Positions 41,114 to 50,800 of a stretch of 64,000 bases of DNA are shown here, one piece after another. The notes beneath the pieces were generated by a model. That model saw only the letters and a list, made by a program, of their open reading frames with translations, made no database searches and was not told the DNA's origin. The DNA comes from a virus. Its lineage: Duplodnaviria > Caudoviricetes. The stretch lies in IMG/VR virus record IMGVR_UViG_3300020577_014021; one strand, 5' to 3'. Made by a program: the position numbers and the translations under genes. Each line of letters begins with the position of its first letter. Positions within the stretch are counted from its first letter, which is position 1.

Positions 41114-42097
41114 TTAAGTTTTTTCTGCCATAAAAACAAAAACATCACAAGAATTAATTGAGGTATTTGTCAAAATACCTTTATAACTCATGCCAATTTT
41201 TGTAAAAATACCATTAACTCCACTGCTTCCATCTACACTTGCAATAGCAGGCTCAATCAAAACATTATTATTTGTTTCTGCATTTAATTTTAAAGCACAT
41301 GGCTGATTAGCTTCAATATACAAAATAAATTTTGCACTATTATAAAACACCATACCTGTGGCAGTAGGCAAAATACCTGCTTCATTTGGCAAAGGATTAG
41401 TAGATATAAATTCTACAAAAGTAGGTGTGACAGCTGTAACAATATAACTGCCAAGCGTCACAGGACTGAAACCAGATGATAAAATTAACGTATCACCCAC
41501 TAATACTGGACCAGCTGAAAAAATTTGGAAATCAGTAGCATAATTAACACCCAAAGCAATATTGGTTTCAGCTGCTGCTGCATAATTTTGAATACTGATA
41601 CTGGTAGACGTTTTAGCTACAATTTTAAAATAACCACGATTTTGAGCATTAAAAGTAGAAGTATTAGATATATATAAAGTATCGCCTACTTGAACTGTGC
41701 CAAAACTAGGAGCCGTACCGGTTGAATATGTATATGTAACTATACTATTATTGTTTATGGAAACAGTAAAAGCAGTAGTCGCATCTGTTCCCAAAACACG
41801 AGCAATTCTAAAAGCTGGTGCTGTACCCGATGTATACTGAATTCGATACGTAGAACCAGAAATAAAAGTCAAACTAAACGTTGTCGTATTATCAATCGCA
41901 GTTGCATGAGTACCATCAAATAACGTAATTGAACTATTAGGCGCTACCGAATACTTCAACGCCTGAGGATTTCTTACTGTTAAACCATATATTTGGGTTG
42001 ACCAATCAGGAACACGTTTAGAGGGATTATTATTAACTGTAATGCCACTATTGTCATCATAGGACAAAATACTTGAAAAAAGATTTAAAGTTGCCAT
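41114..42097 (-). CDS. probable virion structural protein
   Basis: Thr/Ser-rich beta-type composition; between TerL and portal. Confidence 0.6.
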   Translation of the reverse strand: MATLNLFSSILSYDDNSGITVNNNPSKRVPDWSTQIYGLTVRNPQALKYSVAPNSSITLFDGTHATAIDNTTTFSLTFISGSTYRIQYTSGTAPAFRIARVLGTDATTAFTVSINNNSIVTYTYSTGTAPSFGTVQVGDTLYISNTSTFNAQNRGYFKIVAKTSTSISIQNYAAAAETNIALGVNYATDFQIFSAGPVLVGDTLILSSGFSPVTLGSYIVTAVTPTFVEFISTNPLPNEAGILPTATGMVFYNSAKFILYIEANQPCALKLNAETNNNVLIEPAIASVDGSSGVNGIFTKIGMSYKGILTNTSINSCDVFVFMAEKT

Positions 42098-42163
42098 TTT
42101 AATCCTAAAAATTCAATAAAATCAAAGATTTATAATTATTATTGCGCTATAAAGAGATTAAGT

Positions 42164-44056
42164 TTAAATACTAAAAATTGTGTATCCGTCTTGTGTACCT
42201 GTTGGATTAACTGTTGACTCAGTAGTCTTTTCTTCAACAATCAATTGCACTTGTTGCTTAAACCAATAATTAAGATGTGCGTTAGGATCACTTTGTAATT
42301 TTTCAGCATCAAAGCCTATTTCTTCTTGGATTGCTGAAACTTTCCATTCACCATCCTGAATCGTAAAAATATTCTGAAACACGTACCTCAAAGCATCAAG
42401 TGAGTGATCTTTTTCACCTTCTGGTTCATCAGCATACTTACCATCAGGAAGTTCTTTCAAATGATATTCGCTGATTTCATCTTGGAAAAAAGCAGTGTCT
42501 TCATCCAAAGCAAAAAATGAAACATCACCTGCAGCTGATTGTAATTTAAATCTAATTAAATCAATACCTAAAGAAATATGCTTAGAAAATTTGTCTTTGA
42601 TGCGCCACTTTTTATTTTTCCTTAGTCTATCGTTTTTGTCTTTTGCGGCAGGATCAGGAAAAATCGCTTTGTATTTAAAAATTTCATGCAATTTGGCTAA
42701 CTCAAGTTCCATCTCTTCAAACTCAACCAACTTACCAAACACATTCATCAAATAAACACGATTTTGTTTATCAATTCCAACCGTAACAATTGCATAAGGA
42801 GAGGCACCACCTGAATGGTCAACACCCGCATAAAAGGCACAACCACCCTCATGCATTAAAGTTACCAAACGCTGTAAAGTCGGATTAAAATTAATTTCTT
42901 TACCTGTAAAAATTTCCCAAATTTGTTTAAGATTTTTTATATGTTTTTCTGTTGACCATTTTGGAAATACCAAACCTTCCAAAGATGGCTGCATAGACAT
43001 ACGTTGACTAAGCCATAAATCCAAAGTAGTATTTCTAAAATCTGTTAAAGTTTTTTCAACAGGATTTAAAATACGGCATTTAGAAATTTGTTTTTTTGCA
43101 TCACCTAAACAAAAAGATGCGATTTTACAATCTAAACATTTATCAAAACCTTGAGCTTGATGAAATCTTGATTTTTCTGAACCACTGAGTTCTTCAAATT
43201 GTTCTTCACTTAAAACAACAGCTGTTTTAGGATTACCATAAAAAATAGTAGGTATTGTACCCGATCTTTCATCAGGACACCTTTTTTGATTTTCAAAAAC
43301 AGTCCATGATTTAACAACCAAACCAGTTTTATTTCTACTTTTAATTTTCTCTTCAACAACTGAATATGGGCCCTTACGTGAAGAAATTTCTGCACGAATA
43401 TAAGGTCTACCTTCTGCCGTAGATACCGGTACACCAGACAAATCATAATAAGCTTTGCGCTTATCATGAGCCAAAGTTAACAATTCATCAATTGATACAA
43501 AAGGTGCATGCTGACCTTGCGCGTTTAATAACGTGATTGATAAAACTTTTCCACGAACTAATTTTGGTGGCTCATCTGGATTTTTATAATTCGGTAAATT
43601 AAAAACAATATCATTATTTGTAGGCTTGGTCTCTAAATAATCACGGATAAAAGGCCTTTGCGCAAAATCTTTAAGATAGCCCCAGCCAACTTTTGCTTGA
43701 TTATCAGCCGCTGCATAATGCAACATATCACGTCTATCATGTAACATAATAGCCAACTCAACAGCGGCCATACCCAAAGTCTTTTGGCTAGCACGTGAAG
43801 CAACATTCAAAATATTCAGGGGCTCATCACTGATACCATGAATAGCATATGCATAAATTTCCCACGTAGCATCTAAAGGATTAGTAGTAGCAAATCTTGA
43901 AACAGTAAAATCTGCTAAATCAACATCTAAATAAGTTTTCAACCATTGTTTGAAATGTTGCTTATTTGCACAAGGAATTAATACATGTTCCTGAAGCTCT
44001 CTATCTTTTTCAGTAACAACTGGTGTAGCATTATCTATAATATTTTTCTTACCCAT
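42164..44056 (-). CDS. terL: terminase large subunit
   Basis: ASRASQKT (Walker A-like), VSIDE (Walker B), GVDHS and DHSLDALRY nuclease motifs. Confidence 0.9.
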   Translation of the reverse strand: MGKKNIIDNATPVVTEKDRELQEHVLIPCANKQHFKQWLKTYLDVDLADFTVSRFATTNPLDATWEIYAYAIHGISDEPLNILNVASRASQKTLGMAAVELAIMLHDRRDMLHYAAADNQAKVGWGYLKDFAQRPFIRDYLETKPTNNDIVFNLPNYKNPDEPPKLVRGKVLSITLLNAQGQHAPFVSIDELLTLAHDKRKAYYDLSGVPVSTAEGRPYIRAEISSRKGPYSVVEEKIKSRNKTGLVVKSWTVFENQKRCPDERSGTIPTIFYGNPKTAVVLSEEQFEELSGSEKSRFHQAQGFDKCLDCKIASFCLGDAKKQISKCRILNPVEKTLTDFRNTTLDLWLSQRMSMQPSLEGLVFPKWSTEKHIKNLKQIWEIFTGKEINFNPTLQRLVTLMHEGGCAFYAGVDHSGGASPYAIVTVGIDKQNRVYLMNVFGKLVEFEEMELELAKLHEIFKYKAIFPDPAAKDKNDRLRKNKKWRIKDKFSKHISLGIDLIRFKLQSAAGDVSFFALDEDTAFFQDEISEYHLKELPDGKYADEPEGEKDHSLDALRYVFQNIFTIQDGEWKVSAIQEEIGFDAEKLQSDPNAHLNYWFKQQVQLIVEEKTTESTVNPTGTQDGYTIFSI

Positions 44057-44109
44057 AATACACTATATCTATAGTGTAAGATTTCAAGAAAAATTGGTAA
44101 CTTTAAATA

Positions 44110-44946
44110 TTACTCTTCACCAAATTGTTTTTTATCTTCTTCTTCATCTTGCATTCTTTGAAAAAATTCTAAACTTCTCTGGCGTTTTATTTCAATATCA
44201 GTCATATTAGACGTAGACAATTTCTTATCTACATATTCGTTATTATTGCTACTATTATCAATCAATACATTACCAGCTTGAATTACACCACCTGTACCAC
44301 CACTAACTTTTCTTGAAACATCATCAACCTTACTCAAAAGTTTTATAAAACGCTCATAATCTTTAAAGCCCTTAATTACAAAATTAGGTGGTAATTTCTT
44401 TCTATCTCCTGTTAACATGTATTCAAGGAGACCTTTTTCGATCTTATCATGCCACATGTTAATCAAATTAGATAACAAAGAAATCGAACGATGCTTGGTT
44501 AAAGCTAATTTATGTTTAGCAATAGCTTCCAAATTGTCTAAAAATTCTTTCCTAAGTTTAGGCCAATTATCTTTGGTTTTTAAATAAACAATCCCGCCAA
44601 TAGACGTCTTGGGAAATAACTTAACCAAATCTACTGATTCGTAACCTTGAATATAATGTTTAATCAAATCTTCCTTAGGATATTTTTCTACTTCCTGGAA
44701 ATTACGATTTTTAGTAAATTCAGCCAATGCAGTTTTTTCTGTAATCGTCAATTCAACAGTTTTTTCTACTTCATTTGCAGTATCAGCAACTTGTTTGCTT
44801 AATTTTCCTAACTCATCATCTGATACAACTTCTGTTGTTATAATTTCAGTATTATTAGTCTCTGGAGTCCCAAATTGATTAAAACTATTGATAAAATCAG
44901 CAACTGCTGATTTATCATTTTTTTCATTCGTCATGAATTTTTCCAC
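44110..44946 (-). CDS. hypothetical protein, possible terminase small subunit
   Basis: Upstream of TerL; HTH-like segment then W..LR..F helix. Confidence 0.4.
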   Translation of the reverse strand: MEKFMTNEKNDKSAVADFINSFNQFGTPETNNTEIITTEVVSDDELGKLSKQVADTANEVEKTVELTITEKTALAEFTKNRNFQEVEKYPKEDLIKHYIQGYESVDLVKLFPKTSIGGIVYLKTKDNWPKLRKEFLDNLEAIAKHKLALTKHRSISLLSNLINMWHDKIEKGLLEYMLTGDRKKLPPNFVIKGFKDYERFIKLLSKVDDVSRKVSGGTGGVIQAGNVLIDNSSNNNEYVDKKLSTSNMTDIEIKRQRSLEFFQRMQDEEEDKKQFGEE

Positions 44947-45254
44947 TTAATAACCAAATTTGGCTTATTTTTTAAACCTTGCAAAAAATAATTATACGAT
45001 TGACGCAAATTATTTTCATACATTTTTTCGTTTTTACGATACTTAAATTTAGAAACAAAACCCTTAATGCCTTTTTTGGGTATCAAATTAACCAAAATTT
45101 GTTCATCACTAATAGTAATCTCACACTCAGAGGCATGAGGATAACATACTAAAGGCATAAGCTTTAAATTTTCCAAAACAACAGCATGAATGCCTTGAGT
45201 CATATATTGTAAAGAAAAAACTTCTTGCATTTTTTTTTGAGTATCTGTATTCAT
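44931..45254 (-). CDS. hypothetical protein
   Basis: Coupled ORF. Confidence 0.6.
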   Translation of the reverse strand: MNTDTQKKMQEVFSLQYMTQGIHAVVLENLKLMPLVCYPHASECEITISDEQILVNLIPKKGIKGFVSKFKYRKNEKMYENNLRQSYNYFLQGLKNKPNLVIKWKNS

Positions 45255-46246
45255 ATATTTAATCTACTATTAATTACATTCCAAAGTTCTTCATTATCCA
45301 CCCCATAAATAGTTTTATATTTATATTTCACAAAATCTTGCAAAGAATTTAAAATACCTTCCGATTCTTTGACTAAAACTTTTTTATGCTCTACGGGCAC
45401 CTGCCTAATTTCAGCTAAATTCTTAAACTGCCCTGAAACTTTTTCAACAAAATTAAAATCACCCTTGACATTCAATATATATCGATGATTTTCATTAATA
45501 TCAATATTTAAATTTGTAGATTCATCTATATATAAATTATGTATTTTTTGGCATACTGTGTCAGTAGCAATAAACTGATACTGTTCTAAGCCATCCCATA
45601 ACCATATACCCTTTTCTTCGTTAGCATCGCTTTCCTTGAGCCATCTTGGGGTGCCAGGGTAATAAACTTTACCAACTGACTGCTGCTTGTGAATATGACC
45701 CGAAACAATCTTACTATACAAAACTTGACTTAAATCAATACCATTTGGTGCAAAAAAATTATTTTCGTATTGCGCACCTATAAAAGTATGGTGACATAAC
45801 AATACATCTGATTTCTTTTTCTTACATAGTTCATAAAAGTATTCATCTGTAGTATGAGGTATACAATCAAACTGAATTCCCTCACATTGATAAGTAAATG
45901 GTTCATCATCCACAGAATCTATTACAACCACATTAGGCAAATTATAAAAAGCCACCAAGGCATGTTTACTTTGAGAACCATGAACTACATAGTCATGATT
46001 ACCAACCAAACAATAAAAATTAAGATTTGAATACTTATTAAATAATTCATAATAACAATAAGTCACAGGCAAATGAACAATACCATGTGTATCAAACAAA
46101 TCACCTAATAAAAAAATATCTTTTATTCCATATGACTTAGCTTGAACATCAATAAATTCAAAAAGTTTTTTCGTTTCTTCAAGGTTTGAATTTTTACTAT
46201 GTAAATCACCAACTAAAATAATTTTGTAAGAATTTTTGTTCATCAT
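45251..46246 (-). CDS. Mre11/SbcD-like metallophosphoesterase nuclease
   Basis: GDLH, GDLFD, GNHD, SGHIH, YPGTP. Confidence 0.9.
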   Translation of the reverse strand: MMNKNSYKIILVGDLHSKNSNLEETKKLFEFIDVQAKSYGIKDIFLLGDLFDTHGIVHLPVTYCYYELFNKYSNLNFYCLVGNHDYVVHGSQSKHALVAFYNLPNVVVIDSVDDEPFTYQCEGIQFDCIPHTTDEYFYELCKKKKSDVLLCHHTFIGAQYENNFFAPNGIDLSQVLYSKIVSGHIHKQQSVGKVYYPGTPRWLKESDANEEKGIWLWDGLEQYQFIATDTVCQKIHNLYIDESTNLNIDINENHRYILNVKGDFNFVEKVSGQFKNLAEIRQVPVEHKKVLVKESEGILNSLQDFVKYKYKTIYGVDNEELWNVINSRLNI

Positions 46247-46260
46247 TATTAAAAATAGTT

Positions 46261-46608
46261 TTAAGTATTAACGATTGCAGTATTATTCTGAGCATCATTT
46301 TTAAGTACAAAAGTATATGGACCTTCTTGTTTTTTTGAATGAGCCAAAATAAATTCTTCAGGTATTAGAATACAGGGAGTAGAAGCTAAAACCATGACTG
46401 TTTTTAACCAAGTTGTTCTATCATTATTCTCTAAATCTTTTGATACATAAATTTTATCACCAGGTTTATAAGCACCGTCTTCATTGGTAAATATAACTTC
46501 CAATTCTAACATACTACGATCTGTTATCGCAGACAGTGTACCAACATTCAAAAAACTCTTAACTTCAATTGGCCTACAAGCTACTTTTTTATTAACAGTT
46601 CTAATCAT
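46261..46608 (-). CDS. GroES-like co-chaperonin
   Basis: IRTVNKKVACRP...YKPGDKIYV...ILIPEEFILA follows the cpn10 pattern. Confidence 0.65.
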   Translation of the reverse strand: MIRTVNKKVACRPIEVKSFLNVGTLSAITDRSMLELEVIFTNEDGAYKPGDKIYVSKDLENNDRTTWLKTVMVLASTPCILIPEEFILAHSKKQEGPYTFVLKNDAQNNTAIVNT

Positions 46609-47567
46609 AACAAACCCTTTAAATGTAAAATCTTTTTTTCTAAAACAGACAAAGTATTAACTTGCCTATTCATCTTAGCAAACAAATCAGCTCTTTCAAA
46701 ATTATCTTCTGGTTCATCATCACTTTCAATTTGATAATTATGTATATCTTCTAAAGATACCATATGACCACTATTTGTGAGCCTTTCCATTTCTGACTCA
46801 GAAATATTCATCACTTCACATATTTCTTCTTTAGAAAAACCACTGTTTTTCATTTTCCTAAGACTAGAAAGAATTTTTCTATCTTTAGGATACATATGAA
46901 TTTTATTATTAATATTATCTTGAATAGCAGCAGCATTAATACGACCTATAATTGATGATAACAAAACACTGGTATATTTTTCTTCTCCTGTGATTTCATC
47001 TATAATAGGTACAAATTTATCTAAAGCTACCAAAGCTGCATTAGAAGAAATACTTATTAGTTCTTGCATGTCTTTATATAAAAATGAATAAGATGAATAT
47101 ATCAGTTTCATTCTATTAATCAAGAGTGGAGAATTTTTTATCAAAAAATCATTTCTTAATTTCATGATCCTTTGATAAATAATAATCAAATCTCTTTTTA
47201 TAGGTATTTCTGATAAATTATTTAATGCCCATGTAATAAAAGTAAAATTAATACGCAATAACGATAGTGGTTCTGAATTTTTATTTTTAATGAATGGATT
47301 AACTTTAACTAAAAAATCAGATTGTCTAACTCTAAAATAAGGTCTAGCATCTAAAATATTTTTTCTGTCTAGTAAAATATAATTAATAAACTTTTTATAT
47401 ATATCTTTACCTTCATCTGTAGTCAATAAAAGTTTACGCCATAATTCTTCTTGTTTGATTAAATCTAAATACAATTCTTCATTTGAAGGATACTTATTTA
47501 CAGCCAAACATGTTCTAATTTGATTTAGCCAAAGCAAAAATCCATTAGAATTCTTAAAGTCATACAT
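46605..47567 (-). CDS. phage RNA polymerase sigma factor (sigma70-like)
   Basis: RNDFLIKNSPLLI, ELIS....AALVALDKF, SKEEICEVMNIS, VSLE, LSVLEKKIL. Confidence 0.75.
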   Translation of the reverse strand: MYDFKNSNGFLLWLNQIRTCLAVNKYPSNEELYLDLIKQEELWRKLLLTTDEGKDIYKKFINYILLDRKNILDARPYFRVRQSDFLVKVNPFIKNKNSEPLSLLRINFTFITWALNNLSEIPIKRDLIIIYQRIMKLRNDFLIKNSPLLINRMKLIYSSYSFLYKDMQELISISSNAALVALDKFVPIIDEITGEEKYTSVLLSSIIGRINAAAIQDNINNKIHMYPKDRKILSSLRKMKNSGFSKEEICEVMNISESEMERLTNSGHMVSLEDIHNYQIESDDEPEDNFERADLFAKMNRQVNTLSVLEKKILHLKGLL

Positions 47568-47622
47568 ACAATAATTATAATAATAATTATTGTAGTTTCA
47601 TCATTCAAAAATTATGCCATTA

Positions 47623-47832
47623 TTATCGTTTAGTTTCAAAATATTTATCTTCAGGAATCCAATGATCATTTACTTTAATAGTACAATTATCAAAAAAACC
47701 GTATTCTGATTCAAGTCCACTACGTGACCATTTTAAATAACAACCACATCTTTTAAACCAATAACTACAAAAAAATGCAACACAAATACTAAATATTATA
47801 AACCAAAAATCTACTTGCATTCTATAACGCAT
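47623..47832 (-). CDS. small membrane protein
   Basis: One TM helix. Confidence 0.55.
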   Translation of the reverse strand: MRYRMQVDFWFIIFSICVAFFCSYWFKRCGCYLKWSRSGLESEYGFFDNCTIKVNDHWIPEDKYFETKR

Positions 47833-47834
47833 AT

Positions 47835-49946
47835 TTATCCTTGAACAGAAATATTGTTGATTTTAATAATTTTGTCTAAATCAACATTTTTGGCAAAATC
47901 TAAATAAGATTCTTCTGCAGAATCATATTTAAAAGGTAAATATAACTGCTTACTTTTTTTAGTATACCCCACCCCACTACAAAATTCTCTTACGTTTTCT
48001 ACCATTGAATCATGTAAAGCACAAGAATGACTTGGCAAATATGATAATTTCTTAAACATCACATCAGGAGTTAAAACATTATAATTTTCGTAAAAACTCC
48101 ACCCACTTTCACCATTCATTAACAATGCATCTTGAATAGCTTTTTTATCAGGTGTTGTAAAATGTGCATCTAACGTAATACAGGGCTTTAAATGACGCTT
48201 CACCACTGCATGATCCCATAACCAAATTTGATAACCTTTTAAAATATCACCATCTGGTGCCCAAGGAGTACAATTATGAGCTATCAAGCCACTTTTATTA
48301 TCATGCTTATTATAACTAACAATAAAATTATGATTATCTTTTACTTCAATGTCATAAAGTTTTTTATTATTAAATATTTTTTCAATACCAATCACTAAAA
48401 ATTCTCTAGCTTCGTCACTGGAAATTTTCCACCCATATTTCTCTTGTTTACAAACATCCGGATGTAATTTGTATCTCAAATCCTCATGAATATATGGAAA
48501 CAATTGGTTACAAAAATCTAAAAAACCACGAGAATTTAACTTTATATAATAAAAATTTTTTTGTTTATATAACGAACATTTTACACCCATTAAATGTAAT
48601 TTTTCCAAAAGAAGCAAATTCTCTTCTTTTGTGAAACTATGGGTACACAAAATTCCACTATAATAAAAAGAATTCTTATACCTAACTTTTCTTAAGCACC
48701 CATCATCCATATACCATATCGCCAACGCTTGCCAATCAATTTTTTTAATAATATTTTTATTAATACGCTTAGGACAAGTAAAACCCAAAGAATTAAACAT
48801 TCTTTTACTACAAAAACCGTAATAATTACCTATACCAAAAGATTTATCAGACTGTTTTCTTTTAAAAAAAGAACAATCTTTAAACATTGTTGATTTCCAA
48901 TATGCATATTTTTTCTGGTTTTCGCCATGACTAACTCTTAAAGAATATTTAAAATTATCTCTAGATATCGTTACACTTCCATCTCCCAAATAAGAACCAA
49001 TTAATATTTGTTCTTGATCATATGACAATCTTTCAACACTTCCTCGCAATTTTCCATTTGAAAAACCCAATATTCTGTCATAAACACAAATTTCATCTGC
49101 TCTTTTCCACCCATCCACAGTTAAAAATCGATGTTTTTTTGTAGATATAATTGTATTATTAGTAAAAATTAATTTAATCAATTCATCCTGCGGATCTTTA
49201 ATTTGTACACTGGTTACATCTTTATATTGAAAAATTTTTAAACGTTCATTGTAAGACAAAACTTGAATTTTTTCACCTTTTTTAAATTTTTCTACAATTT
49301 TACCAATTGGGATCCATCCTTGCATAGATAAAACTTTAGTACTATATAAAAAACATTCGTTTTTTTCAAATTTTTGAGTTTTATAATCATAATTATGAGT
49401 TACTAGCTGTGGCACAAATTCAGCAAACATACGATGTTTACCAAAAATAGCAATCAAATGATCTAAATTCTTGATTGCCAAATCTTCTCTATCCTTAAGT
49501 AAACATCTGGCTATAGTGCCAACCAAACAACCAGAACCAATAAACAACCCTTCATTGTATTCTTCTAATAAATCCCAAGTAATTTGGTTCTTTTTCTTTC
49601 CAAATTTAGCCTTAGACAAATTATCCCAAGATTTATGATAAAGTGTTAAAAGATTTCTATAGCCTTCATCATTTTTGGCCAAAACAGTTAAGTGCCCATA
49701 ACTATCTAAATCAGGCATCAAATTAACATAAAACTCACATCCAAAAATTGGCTGCAACGATGTATTTTCACAAGCACGTGCCAATTCCATGAACCCACTA
49801 ATATGTCCATGATCAGTGATAGCCAAATATTCAAATCCACGCTGAATAGCATACTGCACATGTTCAGTAGGTGATGATGCACCATCAAGCATGGAATAAG
49901 TTGAATGATTATGTAAAGATGCAATTAAATCTTTATATTGGGTCAT
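47835..49946 (-). CDS. DNA polymerase III alpha N-terminal (PHP) domain protein with intein
   Basis: LHNHSTYSMLDG, AITDHG, PIFGCEFY, HLTVLAKN..GY.NL, GSGCLVG, TLDAHF; ORF ends before the palm domain. Confidence 0.85.
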   Translation of the reverse strand: MTQYKDLIASLHNHSTYSMLDGASSPTEHVQYAIQRGFEYLAITDHGHISGFMELARACENTSLQPIFGCEFYVNLMPDLDSYGHLTVLAKNDEGYRNLLTLYHKSWDNLSKAKFGKKKNQITWDLLEEYNEGLFIGSGCLVGTIARCLLKDREDLAIKNLDHLIAIFGKHRMFAEFVPQLVTHNYDYKTQKFEKNECFLYSTKVLSMQGWIPIGKIVEKFKKGEKIQVLSYNERLKIFQYKDVTSVQIKDPQDELIKLIFTNNTIISTKKHRFLTVDGWKRADEICVYDRILGFSNGKLRGSVERLSYDQEQILIGSYLGDGSVTISRDNFKYSLRVSHGENQKKYAYWKSTMFKDCSFFKRKQSDKSFGIGNYYGFCSKRMFNSLGFTCPKRINKNIIKKIDWQALAIWYMDDGCLRKVRYKNSFYYSGILCTHSFTKEENLLLLEKLHLMGVKCSLYKQKNFYYIKLNSRGFLDFCNQLFPYIHEDLRYKLHPDVCKQEKYGWKISSDEAREFLVIGIEKIFNNKKLYDIEVKDNHNFIVSYNKHDNKSGLIAHNCTPWAPDGDILKGYQIWLWDHAVVKRHLKPCITLDAHFTTPDKKAIQDALLMNGESGWSFYENYNVLTPDVMFKKLSYLPSHSCALHDSMVENVREFCSGVGYTKKSKQLYLPFKYDSAEESYLDFAKNVDLDKIIKINNISVQG
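48273..49355 (-). mobile_element. intein with LAGLIDADG homing endonuclease (361 aa)
   Basis: CFLYSTKV start; STKKHRF; IGSYLGDG and LAIWYMDDG; LYDIEVKDNHNF...AHN|C. Confidence 0.92.
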
Positions 49947-49955
49947 GATTTTTTA

Positions 49956-50228
49956 TTACTTTTTAATTTTAGGGATATTTACAATCTTAACATTTTTATT
50001 TTCAATATTATCAAAGCGTGAATTATCTGCATTTAGTAAATCAAAAGGTGAAATTTCATCTGGCAAACCATGACCATAACCAAAATATTGTTTTAATTTA
50101 AGTTTATTTTCAATCCTTGGAATAGGACCATCTTCCAAATGATTACAAACAGGACATTTTTTTCCAGGTATTGCCATTGCCCTATCACATCTGCACCAGT
50201 ATTTAGTTCTTCTATACCGATCTTTCAT
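49956..50228 (-). CDS. hypothetical Zn-ribbon protein
   Basis: WCRCD...CPVC. Confidence 0.55.
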   Translation of the reverse strand: MKDRYRRTKYWCRCDRAMAIPGKKCPVCNHLEDGPIPRIENKLKLKQYFGYGHGLPDEISPFDLLNADNSRFDNIENKNVKIVNIPKIKK

Positions 50229-50244
50229 AAATAAAAAAAATCAA

Positions 50245-50580
50245 TTAATCCCAATCAATTTCATTTTCTGATTCTTTATTTAAAGCAATCATTTCTTCCT
50301 CAGTCCATGGTTCACTTAACCAAGGATCTGGAGGAAGTGATTCTTGAAATTTAAGAAACTCTTCATATGAAGCATCATCAAACATTTGTTTAGGATTAAA
50401 TTCTATCCATTCACATCCTGCCCATGGTTCATCAGCAGGTGCTGAAAAAGTAGTATCGTAATTTACAAATATACCATGTTCTTTCCAATACTTTAAATAT
50501 CGATAATCATTACCAGATTTTACAATAAATCTAACCAAATACCAATGACCATCTTCTAATTTATGTCTAATCATTTTCAA
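50245..50580 (-). CDS. hypothetical protein, paralog of 1710
   Basis: IRHKLEDGHWYLVR...EWIEFNP. Confidence 0.7.
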   Translation of the reverse strand: MKMIRHKLEDGHWYLVRFIVKSGNDYRYLKYWKEHGIFVNYDTTFSAPADEPWAGCEWIEFNPKQMFDDASYEEFLKFQESLPPDPWLSEPWTEEEMIALNKESENEIDWD

Positions 50581-50590
50581 TTTCCTCTAA

Positions 50591-50786
50591 TGCTGCCGTC
50601 AGGATTCGAACCTGATTGATTAACGATAGGCGTGAACCGACGCCTTGTTTTATATATCCCTTACTGTGACAATTCACGACCTGATGTTTCCACTCGTCAG
50701 TTTACTTTTCAGTAAGGATTTCCCCAGCGGCACCCAAGGGATAACTCGTTAATCTGATTACCGTGTTCCCACCACGACGCGGCAGC
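50591..50786 (-). ncRNA. tRNA-like RNA 2 (196 nt) with large multibranched insert
   Basis: GCTGCCG/CGGCAGC-A; TCGTG-GTGGGAA-CACGG; GATTAACGA/TCGTTAATC closing stem; TCAGG-TTCGAAT-CCTGA. Confidence 0.8.
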
Positions 50787-50800
50787 ATAAACATGAATAA

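Noticed and set aside
47835-47900. Split-intein fragment at the end of the PHP-only DnaE
   Set aside because: No Cys/Ser-initiated block A or block B after the extein; IIKINNISVQG is only superficially intein-like
50591-50786. tmRNA or hammerhead ribozyme interpretation of RNA2 (contains CTGACGA...GAAA)
   Set aside because: No G3-U70, a paired D-stem is present and I found no plausible tag ORF; the GAAA is a tetraloop rather than following stem II, so the hammerhead core is not formed
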